NCBI GenBank assembly: GCA_913051775.1
Contig: CAJXCL010000006.1
Span: 7,447-71,446 of the forward strand
Length of the DNA stretch: 64,000 nucleotides
DNA from: an uncultured Nitrospirota bacterium
Lineage (GTDB): Bacteria; Nitrospinota; Nitrospinia; CAJXCL01
Reading direction: 5' to 3'
Numbering within the stretch: the stretch's first letter is position 1; each line of letters begins with the position of its first letter. The notes beneath the pieces were generated by a model, which was not told where the DNA came from, made no database searches, and saw nothing but the letters and a program-made list of their open reading frames with translations. Below, one piece after another: positions 49,714-59,275 of the stretch. The position numbers were made by a program, and so were the translations under genes.

Positions 49714-50648
49714 AGGGGCTATTTGTACGAATATTTTGCATTGGAAGAATTTTTTTAGGTTTTTTTCTGTTATCAGTATTTCTTTTATTGGCAGGTAATG
49801 TATCAGCAGAGATGGGAGCATCATTTGCTTTTAATAATGGCTACCGATCCGATGATATCGATTGGAATATTGCCGGGGATACCGCTGGAAACAATCCAAA
49901 TATTTTATCAGAGTTGACCTGGAGTGATTTAAAGATTTATCAGTTGCAAGCAGAGGGTAAAGTTATTTTGGAATGGTTATATCTGCGCGGTTCAGTAGGT
50001 TACGGTTGGATTTTGGATGGCGACAACCAGGATTCAGACTATTTGGGGAACAACCGTACTTTTGAATATTCCAGATCAAATAACAGTTCTGATAATGGAA
50101 ATGTAATGGATGCTTCTATAGGGGTGGGGTATCCATTTGAACCCGGAGCCGGGTGGTTGAGAATGACGCCTCTTCTGGGTTATTCCCTCCATGAGCAAGA
50201 TCTCACTATAACAAACGGTTTTCAAACCATTCCTTCAGACGGATCATTTTCAGGTTTGAACAGCACCTATCATGCTAAGTGGAAGGGGCCATGGGCAGGT
50301 ATTGACTTCTCCATTGAAGCAAGCAGAAGACTTTCGCTTTTCAGTTCTTTTGAGTATCACTGGGCGGATTATGACGGTGAAGCAAACTGGAACCTCAGGA
50401 CTGACTTTGAGCATCCGAAGAGTTTTGAACATGATGCAAGCGGCAAAGGCATTGTGGTCTCTGCCGGTGGTAGTTACGCTATAAGTAAGAATTGGCTTAT
50501 CAACGCGAATATAGATTACCGGGAGAGCTCAACTGATGCTGGCACTGACCGCACCTTCTTTGCTGATGGCACTACGTCGGACACACGTCTCAATGAAGTC
50601 AATTGGAGCTCCTATTCGGCCATGTTAGGAATAATCTTCCGTTTTTAG
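49710..50648 (+). CDS. Outer-membrane beta-barrel protein (omptin/autotransporter-barrel-like, unknown function)
   Basis: Signal peptide, amphipathic beta strands, NILSELTW, DQ/NQDSDY-type motif, C-terminal Phe; GTG overlaps purD stop. Confidence 0.72.
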   Translation: MKGLFVRIFCIGRIFLGFFLLSVFLLLAGNVSAEMGASFAFNNGYRSDDIDWNIAGDTAGNNPNILSELTWSDLKIYQLQAEGKVILEWLYLRGSVGYGWILDGDNQDSDYLGNNRTFEYSRSNNSSDNGNVMDASIGVGYPFEPGAGWLRMTPLLGYSLHEQDLTITNGFQTIPSDGSFSGLNSTYHAKWKGPWAGIDFSIEASRRLSLFSSFEYHWADYDGEANWNLRTDFEHPKSFEHDASGKGIVVSAGGSYAISKNWLINANIDYRESSTDAGTDRTFFADGTTSDTRLNEVNWSSYSAMLGIIFRF

Positions 50649-50760
50649 GCTTGCTATGGAGCAGATGTCGAAGTATAAAAGCTCAGGAGTTGTGTTAATA
50701 ATGCAATCATTGCATTATGTTGTGTTACAAAGGCATACCGGACGGTACGGCAAAAAAGCA

Positions 50761-53268
50761 TTAGCCGCATTTTGAATAACCACACAGTCGGCATAGCAGG
50801 CAGCCATCGGCATGTTCAAGATTCCCTCCATTGCAATCCGGACAGATCATGATCGTGGCCAATTCAAGAAGGTGCGGGTCGTCAGGCTCTTCAAACTTTG
50901 TATCTGATTTGGGTTGATTTCCCTTCTTTTCCTCTTTTTTTCTTTTTAAATATTGATGTATAGCTTTTCCAATAGCATCCGAGCAGGACAAGATTTTCTC
51001 ACCGTTTTCCCATGATTGCTGGTGGCAGCTTATTCCGCGCAGTTGTTTGGTAATGATATCTGGTTCAATATTTGACCTGAGGGCGAGCGAAACCAGGCGC
51101 CCTATAGCTTCTAACTGGGAAGCCGCACATCCGCCGGCTTTTCCCATCTGAGTAAATATTTCAAAAGGAATTTCATTGTCACATTCATTAACAGTTAAAT
51201 ACATGTTGCCGCAGCCTGTTGATACTAACTGGGTACTCCCACGAGTTATTTTTGGTCTGGGTCTTGGAGTTATTTTTGTGGAGGGCTGCTGTTTTTTTGC
51301 GGGTTTAACAGTACCAGTTGTCAGTACCTGTTTGGATCTGCTGCCATCCCTGTAAATTGTGACCCCTTTGCAACCGGTAGAGTGGGCAAGCATATAGGCT
51401 TTGCGAATGTCATCCTCGGTTGCTGAATTAGGAAAATTCACTGTTTTGGAAACGGCATTATCCGTACTTTTTTGAAAAGCAGCCTGTATTTTTATATGCT
51501 GTTCAGGAGTAGCATTATGTGCTGTAACAAATAAGCTTGCGATATCTGCGGGTACTTCAGAAATATTTTCAAGATGTCCTTCATGAGCAATTGTCCTCAT
51601 CAAGTCAGCCGAATAGAACTCTCTTTCTTTAGCCATCTGTTCAAACAAAGGGTGAACTTCTATCAGCTCGTCATTATCCATCACATTTCTCACATATGAT
51701 ACGGCAAAGATTGGCTCAATACCGGAAGAACAGTTGGCAATAATGCTGATAGTACCTGTTGGCGCGATAGTAGTGGTTGTAGCGTTGCGGGGCTTTATCT
51801 CATCCTTATCCTGAGCAGAGTCGAAGGGCGGTTTATCATAAATACTGCCTTCAAAAGTTGGGAATAAACCCCTTTTTTCGGCTAATAAGACAGATGCCTT
51901 TTTTGATTCTTTATTTATAAAGGACATAACCACTTCTCCAATCGTTATAGCTTCATCAGAATCATAAGGAATGCCTAGTTTAATAAGCATATCGGCAAAC
52001 CCCATAACCCCTAATCCAATTTTCCGGTTTGCTTTAGTCATAAGTTCAATTTTTTTCAAAGGGAAATGATTTATCTCTATAACATTATCCAGAAAATGAA
52101 CCGCTTTATGTATAGTACAAGAAAGTTTTTCAAAATCTATTTCCCGCAGAATTAATGGTGCATCAATGGAGCCATTCGTATCCCCTGAGTTAAGCTTCGC
52201 ATTGCTGGAACTCCCCCTTTCTTTGACCATGGCTGAAAGATTAATAGAACCTAGGTTGCAAGATTCATAGGGAAGTAAAGGCTGTTCACCGCAGGGATTT
52301 GTGCTTTCTATGCTGCCTGAATTTGGGGTAGGGTTATCCCTGTTAATCCGGTCAATAAAGATGATTCCCGGATCGCCGTTTTTCCATGCCGATGAAACTA
52401 TATTGTTAAAAACCTTTTCTGCGGAAAGTTTCCCTGAAATTTCGTTGGAATGTGGATTATAAAGGTTGTAATCCTCTCTTTTAATAACCGCTTTCATAAA
52501 CACGTCAGTTAAAGCCACGGAAATATTGAAATTATTTATCTGATTATCGTCTTCTTTACATGTGATAAATTTTTCGATATCAGGGTGGTCAACTCTGAGA
52601 ACTCCCATGTTTGCTCCGCGTCTGGTTCCACCCTGCTTAATAGCTTCAGTTGCCGAGTCAAATACTTTCATGAACGAAATAGGACCGCTCGACACTCCGT
52701 TTGTTGTCGCCACAGGTGAGTTTGCCGGGCGGAGACGAGAAAAGCTAAAACCAGTTCCTCCTCCGCTTTTATGGATCAATGCAGTATCTTTAATGGTTTC
52801 AAAAATGCTTTCCATGGAATCTTCAATTGGCAGAACAAAACAGGCGGATAATTGCTGCAACTCACGTCCGGCGTTCATTAAAGTCGGAGAATTAGGCAAA
52901 AAATCCAGGCTGGCCATCATATTATAAAATTCTTCTTCAGTTACTGAAACATCAGCATCTGGATTAAATTTGAGATCTGCAGAAGCAATATTTTTTGCAA
53001 CTCTGAGAAAGAGATCTTTCGGTTTTTCAACGACTTTCCCGTCTTCATTTTTCTTTAAATACCTCTTTTCCAATACCTTCAGAGAATTTTCAGATAAAAC
53101 AGGTTCCGGAAATCTGCCTTCGTTTTTAGTATTACCAGCTACATGCTTTATTAAGGTTTTAAGAGTACCGGGTGGTTCAGTAGGTTTTTGAGAGTTAGAA
53201 AGGGTGCTATCCGATGTAGAACTTTTATGCGTTTCTTGTACTCCAGTTTTGCGTTCTTTTAACTTCAT
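50761..53268 (-). CDS. nrdJ: Class II (B12-dependent) ribonucleotide reductase with C-terminal TSCPD/Zn-ribbon domain
   Basis: [43 protein letters not shown]-terminal [13 protein letters not shown]. Confidence 0.94.
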   Translation of the reverse strand: MKLKERKTGVQETHKSSTSDSTLSNSQKPTEPPGTLKTLIKHVAGNTKNEGRFPEPVLSENSLKVLEKRYLKKNEDGKVVEKPKDLFLRVAKNIASADLKFNPDADVSVTEEEFYNMMASLDFLPNSPTLMNAGRELQQLSACFVLPIEDSMESIFETIKDTALIHKSGGGTGFSFSRLRPANSPVATTNGVSSGPISFMKVFDSATEAIKQGGTRRGANMGVLRVDHPDIEKFITCKEDDNQINNFNISVALTDVFMKAVIKREDYNLYNPHSNEISGKLSAEKVFNNIVSSAWKNGDPGIIFIDRINRDNPTPNSGSIESTNPCGEQPLLPYESCNLGSINLSAMVKERGSSSNAKLNSGDTNGSIDAPLILREIDFEKLSCTIHKAVHFLDNVIEINHFPLKKIELMTKANRKIGLGVMGFADMLIKLGIPYDSDEAITIGEVVMSFINKESKKASVLLAEKRGLFPTFEGSIYDKPPFDSAQDKDEIKPRNATTTTIAPTGTISIIANCSSGIEPIFAVSYVRNVMDNDELIEVHPLFEQMAKEREFYSADLMRTIAHEGHLENISEVPADIASLFVTAHNATPEQHIKIQAAFQKSTDNAVSKTVNFPNSATEDDIRKAYMLAHSTGCKGVTIYRDGSRSKQVLTTGTVKPAKKQQPSTKITPRPRPKITRGSTQLVSTGCGNMYLTVNECDNEIPFEIFTQMGKAGGCAASQLEAIGRLVSLALRSNIEPDIITKQLRGISCHQQSWENGEKILSCSDAIGKAIHQYLKRKKEEKKGNQPKSDTKFEEPDDPHLLELATIMICPDCNGGNLEHADGCLLCRLCGYSKCG

Positions 53269-53316
53269 AATATGCCCTTTCGTAGTAATATTTTTATATA
53301 AAATGAGATTAGATTG

Positions 53317-53363
53317 ACCCTCTATATTGTATGGAGAAGAAAATTTACCTCAATATATAGTAT
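53317..53363. promoter_or_regulatory. Tandem NrdR boxes upstream of nrdJ
   Basis: accctctatattgtat (53317) and cctcaatatatagtat (53348) resemble acaCwATATaTwGtgt and are 31 nt apart. Confidence 0.65.
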
Positions 53364-53501
53364 ATGTCAAGTTAAATTTCGTGCATTTGTAGAAAATTTT
53401 GATGAAATACAAACCTGCCAAAACCACCCCTTTAATCCTTACTAAAGGAGGGGACACAGTCCGGAACAATCGTTTTGAAAGATCTTCCGTTTCTATGAGA
53501 T

Positions 53502-54266
53502 TCATAAATTCTTATCGATTAATGTATCCAAAATTTTCTTGGCTTCTTCAGTAATGTTTTCGGAAATTTTATCGTTGTTTTTATCGTGTTTATTAGAACT
53601 TTCTTTATTACTTTTGCTGACACGGCCTTTTTTATCTTCGTTTTTCTCACTGTCTTCTAAACTTCCCGTTATGGCATCCAGACCGGTTTTTATCTTATCC
53701 TTCATATCGGGTAATTTAAGTTTATCCTGCACGTTTTCCATAAGTTTTTTTTTCATATCTTTCATAACCTTACTTTGCATATTTTCCATAATATTTTTAT
53801 CAGAAAAAGAGGTTTTCGATAGTTCACGTGAAATATTCAGGATGTAAGGAGCTAATTTTGACTTTGCAATGATTTCTTTTTTGGCATAAGGGACAAAGCC
53901 GATAGGAATCATAATCACCGCAATAATTAATATTCCCTTAACCAATCCCAGGAGGCTACCACCAATACGATCGGTAACAGTAAGAGTTTTAGTTTCATAT
54001 AGCAGCTTTCGGACTAATTGCCCAATCTGGCTTATAATTAGCGCGGAAAAGATAAATATAAATCCAAAACTTAATAAATCGGCTACCATTTTATTTGAAA
54101 CAAAATCGGAAATCTGAGTGGAAATAAGAGAATAATATCTATGGGAGAGAATAAAAGCGAAAATAATTGAAGCAAGTGAAAACAGCTCCTTAATCAGCCC
54201 CCTGATAAGGCTGTAAACTGTTGACGCTATCAGTAAAACTATAACGCTAATGTCAAACCAATGCAT
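53502..54266 (-). CDS. CvpA (colicin V production) family protein with charged C-terminal tail
   Basis: MHWFD..RGLIKELFSL, DRIGGSLLGLVKG, SKLAPY. Confidence 0.88.
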   Translation of the reverse strand: MHWFDISVIVLLIASTVYSLIRGLIKELFSLASIIFAFILSHRYYSLISTQISDFVSNKMVADLLSFGFIFIFSALIISQIGQLVRKLLYETKTLTVTDRIGGSLLGLVKGILIIAVIMIPIGFVPYAKKEIIAKSKLAPYILNISRELSKTSFSDKNIMENMQSKVMKDMKKKLMENVQDKLKLPDMKDKIKTGLDAITGSLEDSEKNEDKKGRVSKSNKESSNKHDKNNDKISENITEEAKKILDTLIDKNL

Positions 54267-54435
54267 AGTATGCTATTAATTTTATATTATAAAAAATAAT
54301 AATCAACCCCAATATAGAATTTTAAAAATTCTATATCGGGTTTTGCGTTTTAATCTAAATGATTTGGACACGCTCGACATTATGTTGACAATTGAATTGG
54401 ATTAAAATATTTTAGTGTTTTTGGAGGGTACTAAT

Positions 54436-54672
54436 ATGAATGAAACACATTTTGACATAGAATTAAATTGTAGGGGTTTATCCTGTCCATTGCCTATCGT
54501 TAAAACAAAAATGGCTATTTCAAAATTGAGGGAAGGACAGGTGCTTAAGATAATTTCTACAGACCCCGGGACCAGAGCTGACATGGCTGCATGGTCTTCC
54601 AGAACCGGCCATGAAATTATAATGTCTGAAAATAATAACGGGGAATACATTTTTTATCTTAAACATAAATAA
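54436..54672 (+). CDS. TusA family sulfur carrier
   Basis: LNCRGLSCPLPIVKTK, STDPG. Confidence 0.92.
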   Translation: MNETHFDIELNCRGLSCPLPIVKTKMAISKLREGQVLKIISTDPGTRADMAAWSSRTGHEIIMSENNNGEYIFYLKHK

Positions 54673-54673
54673 C

Positions 54674-54907
54674 TTAAACCTTTTTTTGGACTATTATATG
54701 CCAATCGGTACTGTTTATCTTTATTACTTCCAAAACCTTATGCCCTTCGTTTTCCATACTTCCGGGGACATTTTTCGTAGCAGGCTCATGGTCAATAATT
54801 ATTTTAAGAATTTTTCCCGCATCCATTTCTTCAAGCGTTAGTTTAGACTTTACAAAAGTATAAGGACAAACCTCTCCTTTTATGTTAATTGTTTTATCCG
54901 GTTCCAT
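54674..54907 (-). CDS. TusA/YeeD family sulfur carrier
   Basis: IKGEVCPYTFVKSK, DHEPA..NVP. Confidence 0.9.
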   Translation of the reverse strand: MEPDKTINIKGEVCPYTFVKSKLTLEEMDAGKILKIIIDHEPATKNVPGSMENEGHKVLEVIKINSTDWHIIVQKKV

Positions 54908-54922
54908 GTATTAATTTCTATC

Positions 54923-55174
54923 CTATACACAAACAACTTTATCGGTAGAAAAGATTATATTCAGCATTTCCTTATAATCTATTGCTTGATTCTCTGTGTT
55001 TATTTTACATAAATCCGCGTCTTCTTTAAGAACTTTTACTTTATCTATTTTCCTCAGTTTTTCTAGGCAAACGGCGTTTTGGATTAAAATTGCCTCATGA
55101 TTTTCTTTTTTTATATCGAAATATTTTAAAAATGGAGAATCAGGGTTACGGATAATAAAAAGAGATTTTTTCAT
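54923..55174 (-). CDS. DsrH/TusB-like protein
   Basis: ILIQNAV, VLKEDA, IDYKEMLNIIF..DKVV. Confidence 0.72.
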   Translation of the reverse strand: MKKSLFIIRNPDSPFLKYFDIKKENHEAILIQNAVCLEKLRKIDKVKVLKEDADLCKINTENQAIDYKEMLNIIFSTDKVVCV

Positions 55175-55182
55175 TTTATTTA

Positions 55183-55521
55183 TCAATGAATAACAACATT
55201 TGCCTTATCAAGAAGATCAATAAACTCAGGGGGCTTAATACTTTGATATTTAATATTATTAGAAATAGAGAAATTGCCCGCATCTTCTACATAAAACTTT
55301 GCATCCAATTCCGCCAGCATTTTAACATGTTTGAAAGCAGGTTTCATATTGGCCTTTGATTTATCCAGTTCCTGCAAAACATGACATGAATTTCCTAAGA
55401 ACACGAGATTTAAAATATTTTCATCATTTAAGGTTAAACCCACGGCAAGGCGAAGCTTTTCTAAAGCTTTGTTTGTTTCAAAGGTATAATCGGAAAAAAT
55501 AATAAAAATGCTTTTGGTCAA
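55183..55521 (-). CDS. DsrF/DsrE-like protein
   Basis: EKLRLAVGLT, LVFLG, FYVE, ANVVIH; between DsrE and DsrH. Confidence 0.62.
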   Translation of the reverse strand: MTKSIFIIFSDYTFETNKALEKLRLAVGLTLNDENILNLVFLGNSCHVLQELDKSKANMKPAFKHVKMLAELDAKFYVEDAGNFSISNNIKYQSIKPPEFIDLLDKANVVIH

Positions 55522-55594
55522 ATTCCCTCCTAAACGCGTAAAAATTTTGCTACGAAGTATTTTGAGATTCGTATTTTATTAAATTCCAATGAGA

Positions 55595-55909
55595 TTATAT
55601 AAACGCAATATACCTGTCTGTTTCATTAGCGATAAAGGCATTGTCATATTGGCTTCCGTATTTAAATCCTTGGTATTTATAAGCATGAAGCTCATCCGCG
55701 CTATGAGTACAAACCGTCACCTTAACTCTCTTATCTTTAGCAAGTTCTTGAAGGGATTCGTTTGTCCCGTTAAGCGCTCCCTCATGCATCAGAAAAAGTT
55801 CAACTTCTATACCCTCTTTTACTGCTGCCGACGAAAGACCAATAGCTGAAAGGGTATCCTGGCTTTCAGGTCCCTTAAAAAGCAGTATTCCAAGTTTTTT
55901 CTTTTTCAT
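55595..55909 (-). CDS. DsrE family sulfur relay protein
   Basis: LGILLFKGP, VELFLMHEGA, VTVCTHSA (conserved Cys), GSQYD. Confidence 0.8.
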   Translation of the reverse strand: MKKKKLGILLFKGPESQDTLSAIGLSSAAVKEGIEVELFLMHEGALNGTNESLQELAKDKRVKVTVCTHSADELHAYKYQGFKYGSQYDNAFIANETDRYIAFI

Positions 55910-55912
55910 AAA

Positions 55913-56242
55913 TCAGGGACCTTTATCAAGTTCAGGCAAGATAAACTGTTTTTCAATTTGGGTAATCTCGCTAACTTTTTCCACAATAGTTTTCATTTTT
56001 ATTTTTAACGGCTCAAAATAAAGGCTGATTTTTCTTTCATTTGCTTTAAAGCGAGCTGAATTGACACCCTCCAATTTTTTTAACTCACTGGCTATCATAT
56101 CCTTACCCATAATACAGCAGATATTATTTTTATCGAAATTGATTGTTAAGCGTTTTTCATCCGCTTGTGCATGGGATGCAACTACAAAAAACATCAAGAA
56201 CAAAAGACTAATCTTAAAAATCCGCTGCTTTAGCCACATCAT
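55913..56242 (-). CDS. Secreted HMA-like (heavy-metal-associated) domain protein
   Basis: Signal peptide, NICCIMG then ELKKLEGVNSA..ISLYFEP ferredoxin-like pattern; start uncertain. Confidence 0.55.
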   Translation of the reverse strand: MMWLKQRIFKISLLFLMFFVVASHAQADEKRLTINFDKNNICCIMGKDMIASELKKLEGVNSARFKANERKISLYFEPLKIKMKTIVEKVSEITQIEKQFILPELDKGP

Positions 56243-56636
56243 CTAAATCCATCTCCAATTGTTTTGCGACTTTCATCATTGCTCTTGGCTGAAATAAAGC
56301 CGCGAAAGCTGTAGGTTTTAAATAAGAAATGTAAATCGTATTTTCATTTTTCGGCTGGTAAACCACTAATCGGACAGGCATAAAGACGCCTGCTCTCAAA
56401 TCCGACGAAACAACTTCATTGCAATTTATGAGATTGCACATTTCGATAATCTTATAATGCTGAAACCCTATGCTTAATTTATCTACCAGTGCGGCTTTTT
56501 CTTTTATGTTATCAACATTTACAATTTTTACAATGCGATAATTTTTTAATTGGGCTTCTTTGATTAAATTTTCTATTATTTCACCAAAATCAGCTTTTTG
56601 AAAAACGTGAGTTACAATATCTTTGTTGATGTCCAT
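56214..56636 (-). CDS. DUF302 domain protein
   Basis: YKIIEMCN, AGVFMPVRLVVY, ISYLKPT. Confidence 0.8.
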   Translation of the reverse strand: MDINKDIVTHVFQKADFGEIIENLIKEAQLKNYRIVKIVNVDNIKEKAALVDKLSIGFQHYKIIEMCNLINCNEVVSSDLRAGVFMPVRLVVYQPKNENTIYISYLKPTAFAALFQPRAMMKVAKQLEMDLDDVAKAADF

Positions 56637-56668
56637 TAAACCATTATATAAACTGATTAAGGGGTATG

Positions 56669-57814
56669 CTATTTCATCATAACTAATTTTTCTGTTTTTT
56701 CATTCCAGACTGCCAACCAATACCAGAGATACATAATTCCAAAAACAAATAACAGAGCAATCAACCAGCTATTGAAGATATCAGGGAGAAATACCCTTTT
56801 AAAATAAGAATATTCAAATACCAGTTGCAATATTACATGAGTGCCCGCTGCTGAAAGGGAAAATGCAAAAACAGCCAACCATGACTTCAGTTGACCTTCT
56901 CCGGAGCGCCATAGAGACCCTGAAGCGCAACCTCCGGCGAGAACCATTCCGATAGCAAATATAAAGCCTCCTATAACAGCAGGCAATCCCGCTGAAGGGG
57001 CTATTTGAACAGTAAAATCTTTAATTCCGGAAAATTTTAAGATAGAAAAACCAGAAATACAAATTAGAAAAGCCGTAACAACCGCTTTTATCATCTCTCC
57101 CTCCCCGGTCAAAAAAGGTTCTCTAAAAGCCCGCACAAAGCAGAATCTCGATCTCTGGTTTGTGATTCCTAAAATCACGGCCAGGCAGAAAATAACACCC
57201 AGAACATTTAAATCCAGATAGTCGTAATAATAAGGAATTAACAACAGACCGGTAACTACTACAGAAATGCCTGAGTAAATTTGAAGCAGGGGAGGGGGGT
57301 AAAAAGCTTTTCCACTTTTGACCGGCTTTTTTTCAGATCTTCTCATGTCCCATATCAAATAATTAAGACCTGCAATTGTGCCGATAAGCAGACCTAACAT
57401 CATGAATAAGCCGCTTCCTGATAGGGCGCTGATGGAACTAAAAAATCCGCCTATGGTGCACCCCCTGGCAAAATTTGCCCCAATTCCCATTAATATACCC
57501 CCCCAAATACCTTTCATTGCTTCTTTAAGAGGCGGTATTTGTATGCTGAACTCTTTTGCCAGCAATGCAGAGCCAAAGGCGCCAAACAAAAAAGCCATAT
57601 CCATTACTGAGCTGGTATGTTCCAGAGGAGATATTTGTGCAACATCTGGAAAATTTGGAATGAACTCAAGCAGATGCAGTCCCCAATTTCGTAATCCCGA
57701 GAAAATAGACCAGGGACTGTCAAAGGCAAACATCATGGTATTGACAAATCCAATAAGCAAAGCGCCAATAAATGGAGACCACTGGCTTTTAAAAAGGCTT
57801 TTCCAGATTTCCAA
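56669..57814 (-). CDS. YeeE/YedE (TsuA-like) sulfur-compound transporter
   Basis: ARGCTIG, QRSRFCF, AGGCASG three-Cys motifs; multi-TM. Confidence 0.92.
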   Translation of the reverse strand: MEIWKSLFKSQWSPFIGALLIGFVNTMMFAFDSPWSIFSGLRNWGLHLLEFIPNFPDVAQISPLEHTSSVMDMAFLFGAFGSALLAKEFSIQIPPLKEAMKGIWGGILMGIGANFARGCTIGGFFSSISALSGSGLFMMLGLLIGTIAGLNYLIWDMRRSEKKPVKSGKAFYPPPLLQIYSGISVVVTGLLLIPYYYDYLDLNVLGVIFCLAVILGITNQRSRFCFVRAFREPFLTGEGEMIKAVVTAFLICISGFSILKFSGIKDFTVQIAPSAGLPAVIGGFIFAIGMVLAGGCASGSLWRSGEGQLKSWLAVFAFSLSAAGTHVILQLVFEYSYFKRVFLPDIFNSWLIALLFVFGIMYLWYWLAVWNEKTEKLVMMK

Positions 57815-57829
57815 TTATGATACTTTCTG

Positions 57830-58174
57830 TCAGGAGAATTTAATTTCTTTAGAAGCTTTAAACGTTTCGTTTTGATTGCTTTGAAAAACAACTTTCAGAG
57901 TTGCTTCCTTATCCGCTTTTAAAGGGAATTCGATTCTTGGATTCTGGCTTACGGCAGAGGACATTAAAAAAGTACAAACTTTTTCTTTACCGTAAAATAC
58001 TTCCATTTCTTTTAGATATACTGCCGGTTCTTTTCTGTAAAAATCATCCGTATCTCCTATAGTTGCCAGGCCTGTAATAGAAGGGTATTTTGGCTGTACA
58101 GCTACATTAATAATATCCCCTTTTTTAATTTTCCTCGGCAGTTTAATTTTAGGAGGTTTTTTTTTTCTTGCCAC
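57830..58174 (-). CDS. SoxZ-like protein
   Basis: KKGDIINV..YPSITG, SSAVSQNPRIEF, LKVVF; no signal peptide; GTG start right after the SoxY-like gene. Confidence 0.78.
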   Translation of the reverse strand: MARKKKPPKIKLPRKIKKGDIINVAVQPKYPSITGLATIGDTDDFYRKEPAVYLKEMEVFYGKEKVCTFLMSSAVSQNPRIEFPLKADKEATLKVVFQSNQNETFKASKEIKFS

Positions 58175-58175
58175 T

Positions 58176-58640
58176 TTAGCACCCTCCGCCGACAATTCTA
58201 ATCATCGCATCTCCAACCCACCGTCCATGTTTACTGCAAGCTATCACAGCGTAAACTGTGGTAGTACCTGCTGCCATTCGAGTCTGGAACTTCAAATGTG
58301 GTCTTCCATTTTGTGGAGAAAATAAAAATCTCCCTTTTGTCGTAATAGGATCTGATAATACAATAACATCAACACTTTCAACAAAATGATCCTTTTCCAT
58401 AGGATGATCGAGAGTAAGTTCTATGGGTACAAATCTACCGTCTTCCGCAACCATCGGAATTTTAAGTTTGGGTGTATGAGTTTTTTCCAGCCCTCGTAAA
58501 TTATCTATATCCTTTGCTTTTTGAATGTCATCAGGCAAAGCTATAGCAGCAGCAAGTTTGGGGTCTACTTTTCCAAGAAAGGACATCGTAAACAGACCAA
58601 TGCTTACATGTTTAACAAAATTTCTTCTATCTAATTTCAT
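58176..58640 (-). CDS. Tat-exported SoxY-like protein with desulfoferrodoxin/SOR-like metal motif
   Basis: DRRNF Tat motif; P.VAEDGRFVP (SoxY-like); EKTHTP, HPMEKDH, CSKHG; C-terminal GGGC. Confidence 0.75.
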   Translation of the reverse strand: MKLDRRNFVKHVSIGLFTMSFLGKVDPKLAAAIALPDDIQKAKDIDNLRGLEKTHTPKLKIPMVAEDGRFVPIELTLDHPMEKDHFVESVDVIVLSDPITTKGRFLFSPQNGRPHLKFQTRMAAGTTTVYAVIACSKHGRWVGDAMIRIVGGGC

Positions 58641-58675
58641 AGGATATTAATAATAATTTAACCGATCTCTATTCT

Positions 58676-59026
58676 TTATTTATTCCATTTTTTAATAAGT
58701 TCCGATAATATTTTAGTTTCTTCTTCCGTAATGTTCTTGGTCGCCGGCATTCCTTCTTCATATTTTTCAGGATATCGTGTTTTTTCTTTGGAAACGCCCT
58801 TTAAAAGCATCTCGTTAATGGTCCTGACATCGTATTTTCTAATAAAATCATTGTTTCGAAGCGACGGGGCGTCTCCTCCGCCTTTAGCGTTTCTACCATG
58901 ACACTCGGCGCAAGCATTCAGGTAAATCATCTTAATGTTTTTATTCGGAAATATTTCAGCTGCTGAAATAGATGTTGGTAATAAAAAAACACCGCAAAGA
59001 ATAAAGATGACTACAAATCGATTCAT
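58676..59026 (-). CDS. Periplasmic monoheme cytochrome c
   Basis: Signal peptide, CAECH, APSL, GMPA axial Met. Confidence 0.88.
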   Translation of the reverse strand: MNRFVVIFILCGVFLLPTSISAAEIFPNKNIKMIYLNACAECHGRNAKGGGDAPSLRNNDFIRKYDVRTINEMLLKGVSKEKTRYPEKYEEGMPATKNITEEETKILSELIKKWNK

Positions 59027-59050
59027 ATTACAGCACTCTAATAATTATAT

Positions 59051-59275
59051 TAGTGCCTGACCGAGAAATGTCCCCCTTTGCGGTCATTTCGAGCCCTTAT
59101 AGTCATTCTAAGAGAGCCAAGCTACTGAAAAATTCTCGTTCAGGACAGACCTGGCAAGGCTCTTCAAAAGGCTCACGATGAACTCTGTGAGAAACCTAGT
59201 GAATTAAAATATTAAGGTTAAAGATTTCTCTCTTCCGTCGAAATCACAAATACTGAGCTTTTCGTTCCTGCACTA
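59051..59275. mobile_element. Degenerate MITE-like/REP composite element
   Basis: Imperfect TIR tagtgcctgaccgagaa / ttttcgttcctgcacta; internal gtcatttcga...tcgaaatcac and gagaaacct...agatttctc arms. Confidence 0.5.

Noticed and set aside
52140-52230. Intein in NrdJ
   Set aside because: Too short and lacks C/S...HN splice motifs
53269-53501. Cobalamin riboswitch upstream of nrdJ
   Set aside because: No B12-box or GGGAA core recognised; the region holds NrdR boxes and a short repeat
57830-59026. Canonical soxXYZAB cluster
   Set aside because: The cytochromes lack SoxA/SoxX features, there is no SoxB, and the SoxY-like protein is atypical
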